Part shown: piece by piece, positions 12,301-25,124 of the stretch
Layout: each line of letters starts with the position of its first letter
Position numbering within the stretch: position 1 is the first letter of the stretch
DNA from: Azolla caroliniana
Lineage: Eukaryota > Plantae > Polypodiophyta
Reading direction: 5' to 3'
NCBI GenBank assembly: GCA_043228905.1
Contig: JBHGNT010000001.1
Location: forward strand, 15,004,001-15,068,000
DNA length: 64,000 nt
The notes under the pieces: model-generated
Databases searched by the model: none
What the model was told of the DNA's origin: nothing
Seen by the model: the letters and a program-made list of their open reading frames with translations, nothing else
Made by a program: the position numbers and the translations under genes

Positions 12301-14560
12301 CCAGCCAACATATTTATATCTTCCACGTACAATGGTGTTATACCCTTGGATTGTGTCGCGGTTCCGTCTTTAGGTACGCGAACCTTGGTGTGTCCGTGTC
12401 GGAAACTGATACACATGTGTTGCCAGCTCTGCTTGATATCTGCTGCCCGAAGCCACGTTCTGCCTAGTAGGACAGGGTACGCCCCTCGGGCATCCAAGGC
12501 GAGGACTACCACCGAGATGTCGAAGCGATGTCCTCCCACGATAATTCCTATCTTGTGTATCAACCACAATGGTCGTACTGAGCGGATATCTGCCATACGG
12601 ATCTAGAATGGGCAAGCCTCCCATTTTGAAATGCCTAACTTCTCGCATGTTTTCGCGCTAATTACATTAACGCCCAAGACGCCATCGATTACGCATCCTG
12701 GGATTTCCTGTCCGTATAAATCAATGTAATAGCCGGGTTGTGGTGATCCACTACAGATGGTCCGTCGCTAACGTCCATGTGGTTCATAGCAACGCTCACC
12801 CCGGGTATGCCCGTCACCCGTTCTTCCATGGTCTGGCGGAAGTGTGGGACTAGTTGTAGCAGCTTCTCCATGGTTAATGTTATCTTGCACCTTGCTAGTG
12901 CTTGCCAAATGGGGTCTGGGGCTGGTCATTTGTCCTCCACTTGCTCCATTGTATTTGCGGACTCCTTTTGCATGCGCTCTGTATTTGTCGCATTTGCTTT
13001 TTCAACCCATGGCTGGGCTTGTCGTCGTATCTCATCTTGCGTGGCCCAATCAACCATTTTTGTTTGCTGGCGTGTCGTGACTTGCTGCACTTCCACCATA
13101 ATCGTATTGATGGCGGGCCCCTTGCCCTTGCGTACTGGGCATTGCGTGGCATAATGTCTGGGCTGCTGACAAACAAAACAATGGATGCTCGATTCGCCCT
13201 TCTCGGCTCCTGGTGGTGTGTGCCGATCCCCTGCTGCGACTTGCTCCTCATGGTCTGGCCTCGTTTGTCGGAGCGTACGCGGTGGTTGCTGTTGTTCCCA
13301 GCGTGGTTCTTGGTTTCGCTCATCGCCCGAGCTTTTGTCATATCGTCGGTGGTCCTGATATTGCTGTTGCTTCCCACGATAACCATTCAAGCTGCCACAT
13401 TTGTTTGTCGGCCGGTCATTCTCATAGTGCCGGCCCCGTTTAGCATAATTGGGGGGACCACGGTAGTCCTCATCCTCTGGCTCGTCTTCCTCGGAATCGT
13501 TGTGATTCTGGCGATTCCGATAGTGCTGGTCGTCACGTGGGTTGCGATCCACATACCGTGGTCGGTCTTCTTGCCTCCTTTGTTCAGTACGACATGGGGG
13601 ACGTTGTGTGTCCATGCTGCGTACTCTGGGAGCAGCTCTGTTCAGCATATTGTATTCGCATTGTTCGATTGTGTGAGCCTTCAAGTGGCAGATTGGGCAG
13701 TGGATTCACATGTTGGAGTCCACTACGGAATGCCCCAAGTTCAAGCAAATCGTGCACTGGATTGCTTAACGAAACTGTCGTTCCTCATCTTGAGGTAACG
13801 CTTGTCGTAATGAGGACATAGAAAACCTTTCCTCTTCGTCATCCAGCTCGAGCTATAACACTCGTTCAATGACCATATCCATTGTTTCCCCTTTCACGTT
13901 ATTGTTGTTGAGCGTTGTCCGTATGGGTCGGCGTAATGTTGCCAAAAATGTCCCCGAGCCTCGTCCTCCGCATGGCTCCGTTGTAGTTTCCGTCGTAAAT
14001 TTTGGAAACGTAAGCTGAAGTTTGCGATCTTCTCGGTCGGCAGCTGCTTAATTGTGTAGAACTGTCCGAGGATTTCTCGTTGTGGAACCCTCCGATGGAA
14101 GAACCGCAAAAAGGCGGACTGCAGCTGGTTGAAGGTCGTGATTGCTGGCAAATCCATCAGTGAATGCCAAAATGCCGCTCGCCCATCCAATGTTAACCCG
14201 AACTCCGTCATTTTGGACTAGTGCGCTACCGCCTTAGAAAGGCTCTGCGCCATGTGGTTTGCATTCTAGACATTGAGGAACATGCGAATATGAGTTGCGG
14301 CGTCGGTTTCATCGTTAAAGCGGGGATAGGCAAAGGCCATGATCGGGGTTGCGGCAGGTCGGGAAAGACCACAATGCTGTTGTGGTGAGCGTGCTCCCCG
14401 CGTATCGTTGAGGTATTTGGAGAGCGGAAAATCACCTTTGTGATCACAACAGGTACTGTTGAGGTCGCTGAGGCGAGGCTTCTGCCGTGCGCGGTCCTCT
14501 GCCTAGCGTGTGATAAACCTTGTGATTGGCCGGTCTGATCATGTTGGTTCTCTAGGGCGT
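9320..14560 (-). pseudogene. gag-pol of gypsy-A (fragmented)
   Basis: Gag EFGLTLDGRAAFW; zinc knuckle CFVCQQPRHYATQC; protease VIDG..GVNVI (~12660-12690); RT CVDYRKLN and FLDD (10774-11859); RNase H DASDIAIG and NYSTTERE; integrase KWGLDFVGP and PQANGLAE; GPY/F-like C-terminal motif. Confidence 0.92.
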
Positions 14561-14610
14561 CTATGGCTAAATATCCATTCGTTGTTGTTCGCCCGTGAGA
14601 AGACACAGAT

Positions 14611-14624
14611 CATCAAGCGTGCCA
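14611..14624 (-). promoter_or_regulatory. Primer-binding site of gypsy-A (tRNA-Arg-like)
   Basis: TGGCACGCTTGATG lies 4 nt inside the 5' LTR and resembles the TGGCACGCC-type PBS of non-chromoviral plant Gypsy elements. The tRNA identity is from memory. Confidence 0.7.
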
Positions 14625-14628
14625 AAAG

Positions 14629-15077
14629 TGTTACCGATTAGGAACATGGTCTACGGTTAGTCCTTCGACCTAGACCTCCAAGTGACTGTGTGACAATGAA
14701 CGGTAGCGTCTGTACGTAATACATAGGGGAATGTTCCCCGTAACCTAGCAGCGTATAAGGAAGATGGCTACAACCGAGCTCCTTAACAGTGGCTACACAC
14801 TCACCGTTGCTTACTTCTACACTCTCAGGTGTTACAAACACACAGTAGATTAGCCGTAGCTATACACAGATATTAGAGAAGATAGAATTCTATTACGATA
14901 TGCTTCTTTACATTCCCAAAATGACACGTTGCCTCTATCAGAGGTTTTCAGCCCTTTATATACGCATGGTCTTTTAGCCGTTCATGCTTCCCGTGTGAAC
15001 CGTTAGATGCGTTACAATCTTATACTATTTCCTATTCCTGCGCTCTTGTCCATCGGTTACTATTCCGGCGAACAACA
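14629..15077 (-). repeat. 5' LTR of gypsy-A
   Basis: Direct repeat of 7945-8392, followed in element sense by CTTT and the PBS. Confidence 0.93.
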
Positions 15078-15555
15078 AGGACAAGGTCGGGGAAGAAGAG
15101 GCCAATTGAGCCAAGGACAACACAACCAAGAGCAACCTCAAAAACACAACTTCTACTAACGACAAGACGTCTCGAACACGCTAAACGGAGCATCTGGAAG
15201 AAGGGGGAGCAATCGGGCCGGACCCATCCGACAAAACAATCTCGCTCAATGCGGATACTGTGGAAAAATGAATTGGCCTCCACAAGCCGATAACTCACAA
15301 ACTACGCCTCCAACTCCGACTATGATATTGTGGCGGAATGTTTGTGATAAGGCACATAGCGCACTCGATGACAACCTCAAACCTGACCAACACCTCCAAA
15401 GCAGAAGATGAATGGTTTGTCGACTTAAGCCCATCAAACCACATGACATCCCATGAAGATTGGTTCAAGGAGCTACGAAAGCCTGAATGACCCGGCTATG
15501 TGGAAATTGGGGATGACACAATTCACCCCATTCAGTATATCGACAATGTCCCATT

Positions 15556-16050
15556 TGTCAGGAAACAGGTCCCTCCGGATGGGAAGTGAGAAGAACCGTG
15601 TTGATGAGCAACTTGGCCGAGGCCGAAACCGGAAATCGTGGAGATAGCCAAAACAGAAGGCTAAACTTGTAAATAGTCGAAAGGGTACATTAGTATATAA
15701 GTACTTAGGGCAATCATGTTAGTAATGTGTGTTATTTGTAAAGTTATTGTCGACGAGGTTGTTGCCTCTGTAACTGTGAGTGTGAGTGGAAGCGTGTGAG
15801 CTCCATAGCCGCCTGTTGGCGAAATAGGATCTTGAGGTCGTTGCCTCTAAGATCTTTGATTGTATTCCTTTCTCTCATAGTGTTCTGTTTCGGAGTTTGT
15901 GGACTCCATGTGGTTTTTTCCCAGTTCGGGTTTCCACGTTAAAATCTCTGTCATTCTTAGTTTCTGTATTCTATTTTTTCCTTTTCCATTAGATTGACTA
16001 TTATTCCGCACATGTACAACCGGTTGTGGCCGGCAACGATTTGCACTTCA
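15556..16050 (+). mobile_element. Solo LTR inserted in the copia-2 protease region
   Basis: TGTCAGG...ACTTCA ends; 5-bp TSD CCATT (15551-15555 and 16051-16055); internal similarity to copia-5-type LTRs; TATA ~15695. Confidence 0.85.
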
Positions 16051-16991
16051 CCATTTGGGGAAGAAGGTAACAAAACATATATCAAGAACTTTTTGCATGT
16101 TCATACAATAACAAAGAACTTGGTCTCAGTTGGCCAGATAGTCGAACAAGGCATGCAAGTCCGCTTCAACAACGGAGGATGCTTCATCGAAAAAGAAGGC
16201 TGACTTATCGCTAGGAGTCGGAGAGAAGGTCGGATGTTCATCCGCAACTCTCACTAGATGAACTCGGCAATGTATGCCAAGGGCCAGAGAGCCAACGCCA
16301 ACATAGAGCTCTGGCACAAGAGGATAGGCGACATCAATCTCCAAAAGCTCAAGGGAATACAGTTGAAATGAGCTGTCACCAGAGTCCCGAGCGTCACCAA
16401 AAAGGAAATTGTAGGCATGTGGAAGCTTGTCAATTTGGCAAACAGCACCGACAACCATTTCCAAAGGAGAGGAACACAAGCAAAGGGATCCTGGATGTAA
16501 TACACTCAGATGTATGGGGACCAGCCTAGATGACAACATTCAGTGGTTGCTGCTTCTACGTAACGTTCATCGATGACTTCTCTAGACATACCTGAATCTA
16601 CCCCATGTGGCAGAAGTGCGAAGTGCTCATACACTTCCAAAGGTTCAAAAACGAAGTCGAAAAGGTAACCGATCGGCATGTCCGATGCCTTCGATTGGAT
16701 GGAGGCAAGAAGTACTTCTACAATGCCTTTACAACATATCTTCGACAAGAAGGAATTTGGCGGGAGTTTACCTACCGACACACACCTCAGTAGAATGGAG
16801 TGGCAGAACGCAAGAATCGGCACATACTCAAGGTGGCAAGGGCAATAATGAATGAGAAACATCTAGCAAAGTCATATTGGGTTGACGTTGTCATAGTGTA
16901 CTTTGTACACTACGTAAAATATATGTGGAGTACCCGATTGACTAAGTATAAAGAAATAGGAGAAAATAGTACAATAATTATGTTATATGCA

Positions 16992-17058
16992 TAGGGCAGG
17001 ATTTAAACCCTGTACCTCCATGTTAACGATTTTCAGCCTTACCATTGTACTAGCATAT
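16992..17058 (-). mobile_element. Decayed tRNA-derived SINE head or tRNA-like pseudogene
   Basis: The rc shows A-box-like TAGTACAATGG and B-box-like GGTTTAAATCC at tRNA-like spacing; the cloverleaf is not intact. Confidence 0.4.
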
Positions 17059-17129
17059 TACGAATTTTAAAGTTATAGTAAACTTTATCCCATGTAAATA
17101 TTCTAGATAAGCATTATAGAAGAAGTTAT

Positions 17130-19568
17130 TCATTTTCTCATGTACAAACAAACCACACATCTTGGAAATGCACCAAGAAACTTAGGAAAAAATGGTTTGA
17201 TAAAGAATGTTGTGAAGCTCGAAAGTCCCTTATGGTTTTGGATGTAGTTAAGGATAAAGAGAATTACCAAAAGCACTTGCATGAGTATAAAAGGCTTATT
17301 CAATGAAAGAGAAGAATATGGGAAGTTACTCCACAATTTATCCAAATGCAAGAGAAAGCACATGCATGTACTAAATTTTGGGGAAATCTAAAGGGGAAAT
17401 GTGTTGAGAGTTATGATGACTGAACTCTTCACGACTTGTCTATGCATTGCAAGAATTTATATGAGTTATGTCTTGCTAGAAAGATGATGTGTTATGGTCC
17501 TCTTTCACATATGCCTCCTTTCTTTACAATTGAAGATATATGCATAGAACTTAAGAAATTGGGCTCTCGAAAGGCAAGCGATCTTCAATGTATATAGGTT
17601 GAAATGCTCAAATGGACGGGAAAGGAAGCACATGTATGGATAAACGATATGTTTAAGATGCATTGTAACATGGTATGATGTACGATTGGACTACAAATTG
17701 GATCAAACCTTTACATAAAGGTGGAAATGTAAATAATGTAAACAACTATCGTACCATCATGGTTGACTCATTAATGGCAAAACTGTTTGGATGTACAATG
17801 CAATCAAAGATAAGTGTATGGACTGAAAAAAATGGTAAGAGAGGTTATGGACAAGCTGGTTTTCGAAAACACCATAGCATCATTGATCACCTTATTACCC
17901 TTCGAGTATTAATGGAGGAAATCCGCCTTAGAGGTAAAGGTTTATATTGTTGCTTTGTACAGTTCAAGAAAGCTTTTGATGTGGTACCTCGGGAGCATAT
18001 TTGGAGGAGAATGGAAGAACTTGAGGTGCCAAGTGAATATATGCTTACAATTTCCCGAATTTATGAGAAGGTTATATGTTGTGTGTGCATGAGAGATAAA
18101 CTTTCAAATTTTTTCAAAAGCACTATTGGTATTAAGCAAGGACGCCCACTCTCACCAACACTATTTGGTCTATGCATTGATGAATTGGAAGAAATGGTTA
18201 CCAAGTTTGCAAAGGAAGAATGTGTTGAAGAAGTTGCCATTGGGAATGTTGTGATTATGCTTTTGCTATATGCAGGTGATGGAGTTCTTTTTGCAAATAC
18301 TTTAGGAGATGCACAAAAGCTTATGAAGGCATTGGAATTTTTTTGCATGCATACTAAAATAATTGTGTCAATAGCTCTAAAACAAAGATTATGCTTGTGG
18401 AGAGCCGAAAAAGATATAAACCATGCATTATGTACAACAATGAGCCACTTGAATGTGGGAAAGCTTCAAATATCTTGGCCTTGAAGTTCCTTCAAATCAT
18501 AGATGGAATGAATGTGCTACACGCCACTTAGAGGCGGGTAAGCCAACATACTATGCATTTGAGAACACACGCAATCTTTGAGATATTAAGTGTTGGGTCC
18601 TCAAGAAATATCTTTTCGACACTTTGGTGACACCAGTTCTTATCTATGGGGTGGAAGTATGGGGCGGTGGCATCCCTAAATCTATGTGGAAAGAGTTTGA
18701 AAATGTCCAAAAACATTTTCTTACAAAGTTTCTCCAAGTTAAGAATTAAATGCCCTACACTCTCCTCCTCCTTGAGACAGGATCGCTTCCCTTTGAGATC
18801 ATGGCCATGGAAAGGGTTGTTGAATACATGCTTCAGGTTCAAAAAAACCCCCTCACATCGATTTCCTAGAATTGCGTGGGAAGCAAGCAAAAAGATCCAA
18901 AAGATGCATAAAAGCAAAATTTTGTGTTCCGGTTGGATGCAAGCTATAGAAAAATGGTTTGGTAGATGGGATGAGAGACACTTGCTTCATGATGCATCAT
19001 TAGATTCCTCTGTAAATGAGGCCTTTTTGCAAAGCCAATGTATCATGACATGGGACAAATGTGGAGGCTCACGCTTCACACATTATACCACACATGTTGC
19101 ACGTAACCACAAAACCATATTCTTTGCGGAATGGGGAAATCGTACACATCGATACATGTTATAGCCCATACCGTTATCTGCCATTCGAACCATTGCTTCC
19201 ATGTGACTTAGCTCACATGCATTACGATGTGAGACAGGATGTTGGGGCACAAGTGATGAGAGTGATCGGCTATGCACACTTTGCCCTAAACAAGTTCGCG
19301 AGTTTGAGTATCACACTTTGATACAATGCTCTGCCTTTGATCATATTCGACCATGCTTTCCACATCTCTTTGATCGAGCCCAATCCTTGCATGAATTTCT
19401 TTCACAACCACAATGTGCACTCTCGATTGCAACATTCATTGGTAAAGTTCTTGAACATCGAGAGTCACTACTCACTTTCACACGTATCACATGAAATGTA
19501 ATATGGTTAGTCTCATAGGTCATATTTGACCTCCGAAGACAATAATATAATCTATCTATCTATCTATC
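17130..19568 (+). mobile_element. 5'-truncated non-LTR retrotransposon (LINE, RTE/RTEX-like)
   Basis: RT motifs NYRTIMV, QAGFRK, FKKAFD, GIKQG.PLSPTLF and LLYAGD (17675-18484); C-terminal RLCTLC..EYH..IQC zinc-finger-like motif; 3' tail of (CTAT)n. The clade call is tentative. Confidence 0.85.
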
Positions 19569-20264
19569 TCTCTCTACAAACACACACAATTCTTCTACTG
19601 CACAGAATCCATCTGATTCTTTACAGTAGTGCTTCTTGAGTTGATTGTGTTTAGATCTTCTATGTGGTATGCTTCTTGAGCATGTAGCACATGGCGGCCT
19701 AATAGGTAAAGAAATTCTTGTCTTGGATAATTAACCATATAGCCTCCACCAAAGGGTGTCTTATGGTGGATGATGTCGTTGTTGTGATAGAATTCGATAG
19801 ATGTTTTGTTATTTGTGAGTGTATTTATGGATATAATGTTTTTGCTATGTTAGGCATATAATGAGCTTCATTTCAATGAAGTTGCCATTAGAAAGTTCAA
19901 GGTGGGTACTCATGTGTCCAAGGTCATATTTCACTTTGTTATTCCCAAATGTCACTACAAAGGGATTTTCTAAGGTTTTATAATCTTTACGACATTCAAA
20001 CCTTGATGTGAGGTGATATGTGGCTAATTTTTCAACGATCCATATTGAACTAGGAGAGTGATCAAATGAATTAATGTCCATAGATGCAATGAAAAACTCT
20101 TTATTATCCTCATCGAAATTGTGTTGACTATGACATTTGCCATTATTTTGGTCATACTAATTATATGATACATTGTGTAAGCGTGTTCTTGTTTATATAT
20201 GTCAAAGTTAGCTTGCGGAATCGTAGACATGACCAGTTCAGCTGGATAGCAACAGAAAACAGAA

Positions 20265-20400
20265 CAGAAGGTTTAATGGAACCTTGAAAATACACAATAT
20301 GTAGGAGACACAGAGAGAGCAGAAGGTAAACTCAATTTGAAAAATACTCTCTGAACTCTGTACATAGAATGTGCTCAGTGAGCACTTTTATACATGTCCT
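20265..20400 (-). repeat. LTR fragment of the copia-1/7 family
   Basis: Matches 57395-57572 (GAAGGTTTAATGGAA...TGTGCTCAG.GAGCACTTTTATACA). Confidence 0.6.
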
Positions 20401-20519
20401 TAAAAGGACTTTTATTTATTTTGTAGGGAAAGGTCCACAAATGTTGCTATGTACAAGTTGTAATGGATTTTGGCATTTGCTATGCCGAATTGGAAATGGA
20501 TGTTGTGGCATTTGGCCCA

Positions 20520-21610
20520 ATAGACATCCTTCAGAAAGATCAATTTTTGAAAAACATTCTTTCGGTAAGCCACTAGCCATATTATTTAATTGGAACGTCT
20601 TGATGGCTTGAGCATTTAAGTTCCCAAGTCGATGATGTCATAATATTGTTTGTTCGATATTATTCTCACTTTTTGCAATATGTGCTTCTATCTTTTGGCA
20701 TCCACGAATGTATTGAATACGGTAGAGACCTCCCTCACTTCGATTGCAATTATATTTCATGTGTTCTCCATTTGGTAATGTGTACTTAATTTGGGCATAA
20801 TTTATTTTAAATTCTATGGTTGCACGGTTTTATGTTCCTTTTCCGACAGATAAAAGATTCTTTGTGATTCCAGAAACGAAATAGACATTACCAATTTTGT
20901 GATTATTTATCTTTTGCAATTAGTTAGAAAGCCAATCTTTGTTGTTTGTTAAATGGTGTGTAGCTCCCGTATCAAAATACCGTGTGTTATTATCTTGAGT
21001 TGAAGTTTGTATTCCTACAAGGAATGTTTCCACAAAAAAGGATTGGATAAGATCCTTATATCCCTCTTCTTCATCATCATGTGCTTCATCATAATTGGTA
21101 GAGCAATCTTTGTTTTCTTCACCTCGGTAATCTTCAGCTATGTGTGCTTCAACTTTGGGCTTGTACCGAGATTGTGATGGTTTGCTTCTAAATTTTTTGT
21201 TATCGCTGAATTCATCTCTTGTGTGACGTGGTTTATGACATCGATGACAAATTATATTTGAGAATCGCATACCTCCTTGCTTTGGTTGTGTATGTCCGAT
21301 GAATCTTGAATTATAGTCGGGTCGTGGATGATGAAATGTTCGCCTTGTTTTGTACGCTATCGTCGCTGATGGGTTTTGAGAGGCATCAGGTTGGCCTACT
21401 TTTCTCATTGCATCTTCTTGTCAGATGCAATTTATTAAGTCATTGAGGTTTATATTATTATTTGCATTTTGAGTAGTGGCAAAGTTACTCCAAGAATTTG
21501 GTAGGGCACCAAGAAGTAACAATCGTTGAAATTTCATCATCGTCAACTATTTAATGAATTCTGCCATTTCATCATTGTCTTTCATTTTTAGGGTTACAAG
21601 TATATTTAAT
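20520..21610 (-). pseudogene. Old copia gag-protease-GAG-pre-integrase fragment
   Basis: CHRCHKPRHTRDE knuckle, YFDTGATHHLT protease motif and HHRLGNLN. Confidence 0.75.
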
Positions 21611-21953
21611 GTCATAACTTGATACCATGTGGGAGTATAAGAATAGAGTATATAACAGATTTGTATTGATTCCATTCAAAATGAAACAAAGTGTAGAATG
21701 ATGCATTGACAAGCAGTTGCCAAGGGTGTTTATGTCTTTTCGATGAGACACAATGCCTCTTCATGTGTCTCTTAGATGAGAGGCTATATAAAATATTGTT
21801 GTTTATTGTTTTGTATTCCAACAATCGATGTGTGTTAGTATTGTGTTAAGTTTATGTGCATAAATGTAACAACATTCAATTACAATTACTAGCGTATTTG
21901 GTGCAGCATCAAATAGGGTGGCATGGATTGGGGCACACTTCAATGTGTGATGA

Positions 21954-22538
21954 TCAATAATAGAGGTCCAAGTCGAAGGAGAGGGTCCAGTGCGCGGGCG
22001 CGACGTTGTCGATGACAACCCGCTTGGAGATGGCGGCACCACGAGCTGCGAGGAAGTCTCCAGTTCCCCCGACCACCACCAACGTCCTATTGTCCAGAGA
22101 CTCATCCTCCTGCCCCAGGATGGCGATGGTGCCCGTGTATGGCCCCGATGTAATGGTGGCAGTGAATATGTGCATGAGGACGTAACCCTTTTGTGAGTTG
22201 AAGATCCAGAAGCCCTGGGCGACGCCGATCGGCTCCGAGTCCGGAGAGGCGTCGGGAGTGATGGGGTTCTCGAATGTGGAGCGGACACCGAAGTTGGTGG
22301 GGTTGGGCTGGCTGAAGTTGAAGGGTCCGGCGCTGTACACGGAGTCGAAGACGGAGTTGTTGATGGCCAGGTTGTAGACTTGGTTGTGGATGTAGAAGCT
22401 GAAGGTGTCAGGTCCCTGGGGAGGCTTTCGTCGAGCCGATACAGTGGTGGTCAAAGGAGCGGCCAGCAACAGTAGATAAGCGAGTGTAGTGGCGAGTGTA
22501 TTGGCGGAGGAGCCATATGAGACGGACTGCTGAACCAT
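21954..22538 (-). CDS. Dirigent (DIR-like) protein, 194 aa, single coding exon, probably secreted
   Basis: First ATG at 22538; N-terminal hydrophobic stretch; all five dirigent motifs present (FYIHN, FG...FENPIT, AQGF, YTGTIAILG, RTLVVVGGTGDFLAARG); N-glycosylation sequons NNS, NFS and NRT; GC-rich intact frame. Confidence 0.92.
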   Translation of the reverse strand: MVQQSVSYGSSANTLATTLAYLLLLAAPLTTTVSARRKPPQGPDTFSFYIHNQVYNLAINNSVFDSVYSAGPFNFSQPNPTNFGVRSTFENPITPDASPDSEPIGVAQGFWIFNSQKGYVLMHIFTATITSGPYTGTIAILGQEDESLDNRTLVVVGGTGDFLAARGAAISKRVVIDNVAPAHWTLSFDLDLYY

Positions 22539-22766
22539 GTTTGTAATTGTGCTCAAATTGTTTTATGTATAATATAATTCACAAGCGAATAGAAGAAGAA
22601 GAAGATGATGATGATGATGTGATTTGATAAAGATTGTGAGCAGGTTTGGTAGTTAGTTAGTTTGGTTGGAATGATTCAAGTAGCAAGTATATGAGCGGCA
22701 GGAGGAGGAGGGAGAGATAGTTATGATGTATGTATGTATGCTGGTTTGGCTTTAGCCTAGCCTGCT

Positions 22767-22774
22767 TATTTATA
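22767..22774 (-). promoter_or_regulatory. Putative TATA box of the dirigent gene
   Basis: The rc reads TATAAATA, ~230 nt upstream of the ATG and downstream of a (CT)n tract. Confidence 0.5.
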
Positions 22775-22798
22775 CAGAGAAGGTGAGGGGAGGGGTGC

Positions 22799-22841
<43 letters not shown>

Positions 22842-22884
22842 TTTGTGGCTCGCTGACCTTGTCTTCTCGACCACACACACAAGT

Positions 22885-22893
22885 ACACGTGGC
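22885..22893. promoter_or_regulatory. G-box/ABRE-like site
   Basis: ACACGTGGC lies ~110 nt upstream of the putative TATA box; this is a motif match only. Confidence 0.35.
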
Positions 22894-23729
22894 GTTGACA
22901 ATTAGTGAATAGCTCAGCCGGATCGAGAAAGGCTTCTGGATTGAAATTTTCAAGCTTCGTAGCCCTATTTTGCTCGCACTATTTAAAATATTATCAACTC
23001 TCGAGGGAACAAGTCGAATGGAAGGACGGGCAGAATATGCAATTTAAACTAATATAATTCCACAGTGCATAATCTACTTCAATATCTCGGGCTCCATCTC
23101 GTAAAGTTCTTTTATGTTTGTTTTGGCCCCATGTCAGAATGTAGTGTACATCTCATGAGCTTGCATCCCCAACACTCACAACATGCAATTTAATGAGATA
23201 TACAGATATTTTAGTGTCGAGACACAAGTTTGTCAATGTGCATAATTATGTAGAACTTTGCACATGTATCTAGATGTTTTATTTAATGTAAGGGATCATC
23301 CATAATAGGTAATAGTTTGCACTGATTGCATTTTAGCGTGTAGTCATTAATATGCACAATTATGTAGTTGCATGTATTTGGATGTTTTACAGAATGTAGG
23401 AAACCTATTATGTATGTTCACAAATTTGCTATATTGGCATTTTGATTCAGAAGATGCACACATGTATTGAGGCATCCATGGCATGCTTCTTATTATGTTT
23501 TGACAATTAGCCTACTCCCTACATTTGACAACGGAATGCTATGATCGATGTGTTTCTTTTTTTGGTTCATTTTCCATGAGCACTAATATGTTTAATAAGG
23601 TTAATAGTGGGTATGAACGCAAGGTTTGACATTCTCAAAAGGGAGAAAAGTCAAGGGTGCTGATGGGGGCAGGTGGTTCCCAAAGTCAGCTCCGTGTGTG
23701 TGCGTCCGTTGAATTTTATTGAGAATATG

Positions 23730-23774
<45 letters not shown>

Positions 23775-25124
23775 TATAGTATATACTATATATATTTTAT
23801 CTACACCCTACAACAACACGTTTTCTCATTAAAAGTGATTTAACTATATATATATGTCACGTTAGGTTAAGCACCTCTCTCTCTATCTCGTTATTGGATT
23901 GGTGTTGTCCTGATTATATCTATTGATTCTGGTCATAACACTTTCTCACTCCCCCCGCCCCCCCACCTTTCTCACCGTCAAGTTCTTTCTGTATCATTCA
24001 CAACCGGTGGGTCCCTTGGATGCTAATTCTCTGCAAGTAAACCTGCCCTGCCCCTCCGCTTCATTCAAGCCTGCCCCACCACAACTTGGATGTCCCCCCC
24101 CCCCCCCACCCACCCCCCCCTTCCACTTTTGGACTCCGTCCACAGCACAAGTCCCTTCCGTCCTTCAACTTCAGCCAAATCCAATCCCACCCAAGCAGCC
24201 CTTCCTTTCTGCACTCGGGGGCGGCCCAGCTCTTCCTTTCTGCACGTATTCATTGCGATCCTATCACTTGGGGGCCATGACCTTGACGTTGGCACAATCC
24301 CCATCGTGGGACAAGAAGGCGATGAATTACTCCACACGTCATCGACTCTGGCTGTGGTTACGCGAACATGATATTTGCCTCCGACTCGCACAATCACCAT
24401 TCCACTAGTCTATTACACAATTGCTTTTACACCCCCACCATGCCACTAGTCTTATATATGTACTATATTCGAATCTGGGGTTGCGCTATCTCTTAAACTT
24501 ATAAAGCGTTCAATCAAGAGTGCATCTCATGCATTCCTTTTACTAAACTTTGTGAACGCATGCATATATGAATTGCTTCTACAATATCTAGATTCATATT
24601 GGAGCATACAATCACTTACAGTGTTCCCATATTCCTAGCCAATGGTTGCCTTGCTTCCTTATTTTTAGAATTGAAATTTGCCCCACTCAACTAGAATGTG
24701 ATTTTGACATACATGTATGCTTCAAATGATCACGATCTAAGAATGTTGTTCTATACGAGAGGATGACAATTTCAAATATGTTAGTTGAGGACAACCATGG
24801 AAGGAGGAGTAAGCCATATATGTTAAGCTTGTTTGTTTGATAACTTTACATGCTAAAGCAAACTCTTGACGACAATGATTATGGTGATATTAGTATGCAT
24901 ACATCCTTTCATAGTTATCTACATAGATTATATGTGACATGAGTGTTAGAAGTTATAATTAACTAATTAGCTGTCAGTGATAAACTACTTATTTAATTAC
25001 TAAATATAACCCCACACCCCAAGTTATTATTAGTAAAACAAAACCATTTTTCATATAAGTTGTATTTCAAAAAGCTTCCTCATTTTTCCCTCCACTTCCT
25101 CCATTTTTCATAATCTTGTATCCT

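Larger units (their letters stand above)
7945..15077 (-). mobile_element. Ty3/gypsy LTR retrotransposon with both LTRs (gypsy-A), non-chromovirus type, degenerate
   Basis: LTRs 7945-8392 and 14629-15077 (TGTT...AACA); TSD AGGAC (7940-7944 and 15078-15082); gag-PR-RT-RH-IN order on the minus strand; no chromodomain or extra RNase H seen; TATA box in the LTR on the minus strand (~14955-14962). Confidence 0.95.
6771..19625 (+). mobile_element. Degenerate Ty1/copia element (copia-2) hosting three nested insertions
   Basis: TSD GTAGT (6766-6770 and 19626-19630); 5' LTR ~6771-7173; decayed Met-type PBS TGTAACAGAGC (7174-7184); gag 7314-7944 continuing at 15083; protease WFVDLSPSNHMT; integrase 16056-16885; 3' LTR remnant 19569-19625 matches 7060-7173. 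Confidence 0.85.

Noticed and set aside
12902-13798. 298-aa hydrophobic ORF resembling a membrane or env protein (also 62220-62936)
   Set aside because: It is the antisense shadow of R/D/Q-rich gag sequence.
19845-20230. Possible Gypsy protease remnant on the minus strand
   Set aside because: Too decayed; no catalytic motif could be read.
23923-24408. GC-rich ORF cluster as a possible second host gene
   Set aside because: No recognisable domain, a poly-C run, and stops in the most protein-like frame.
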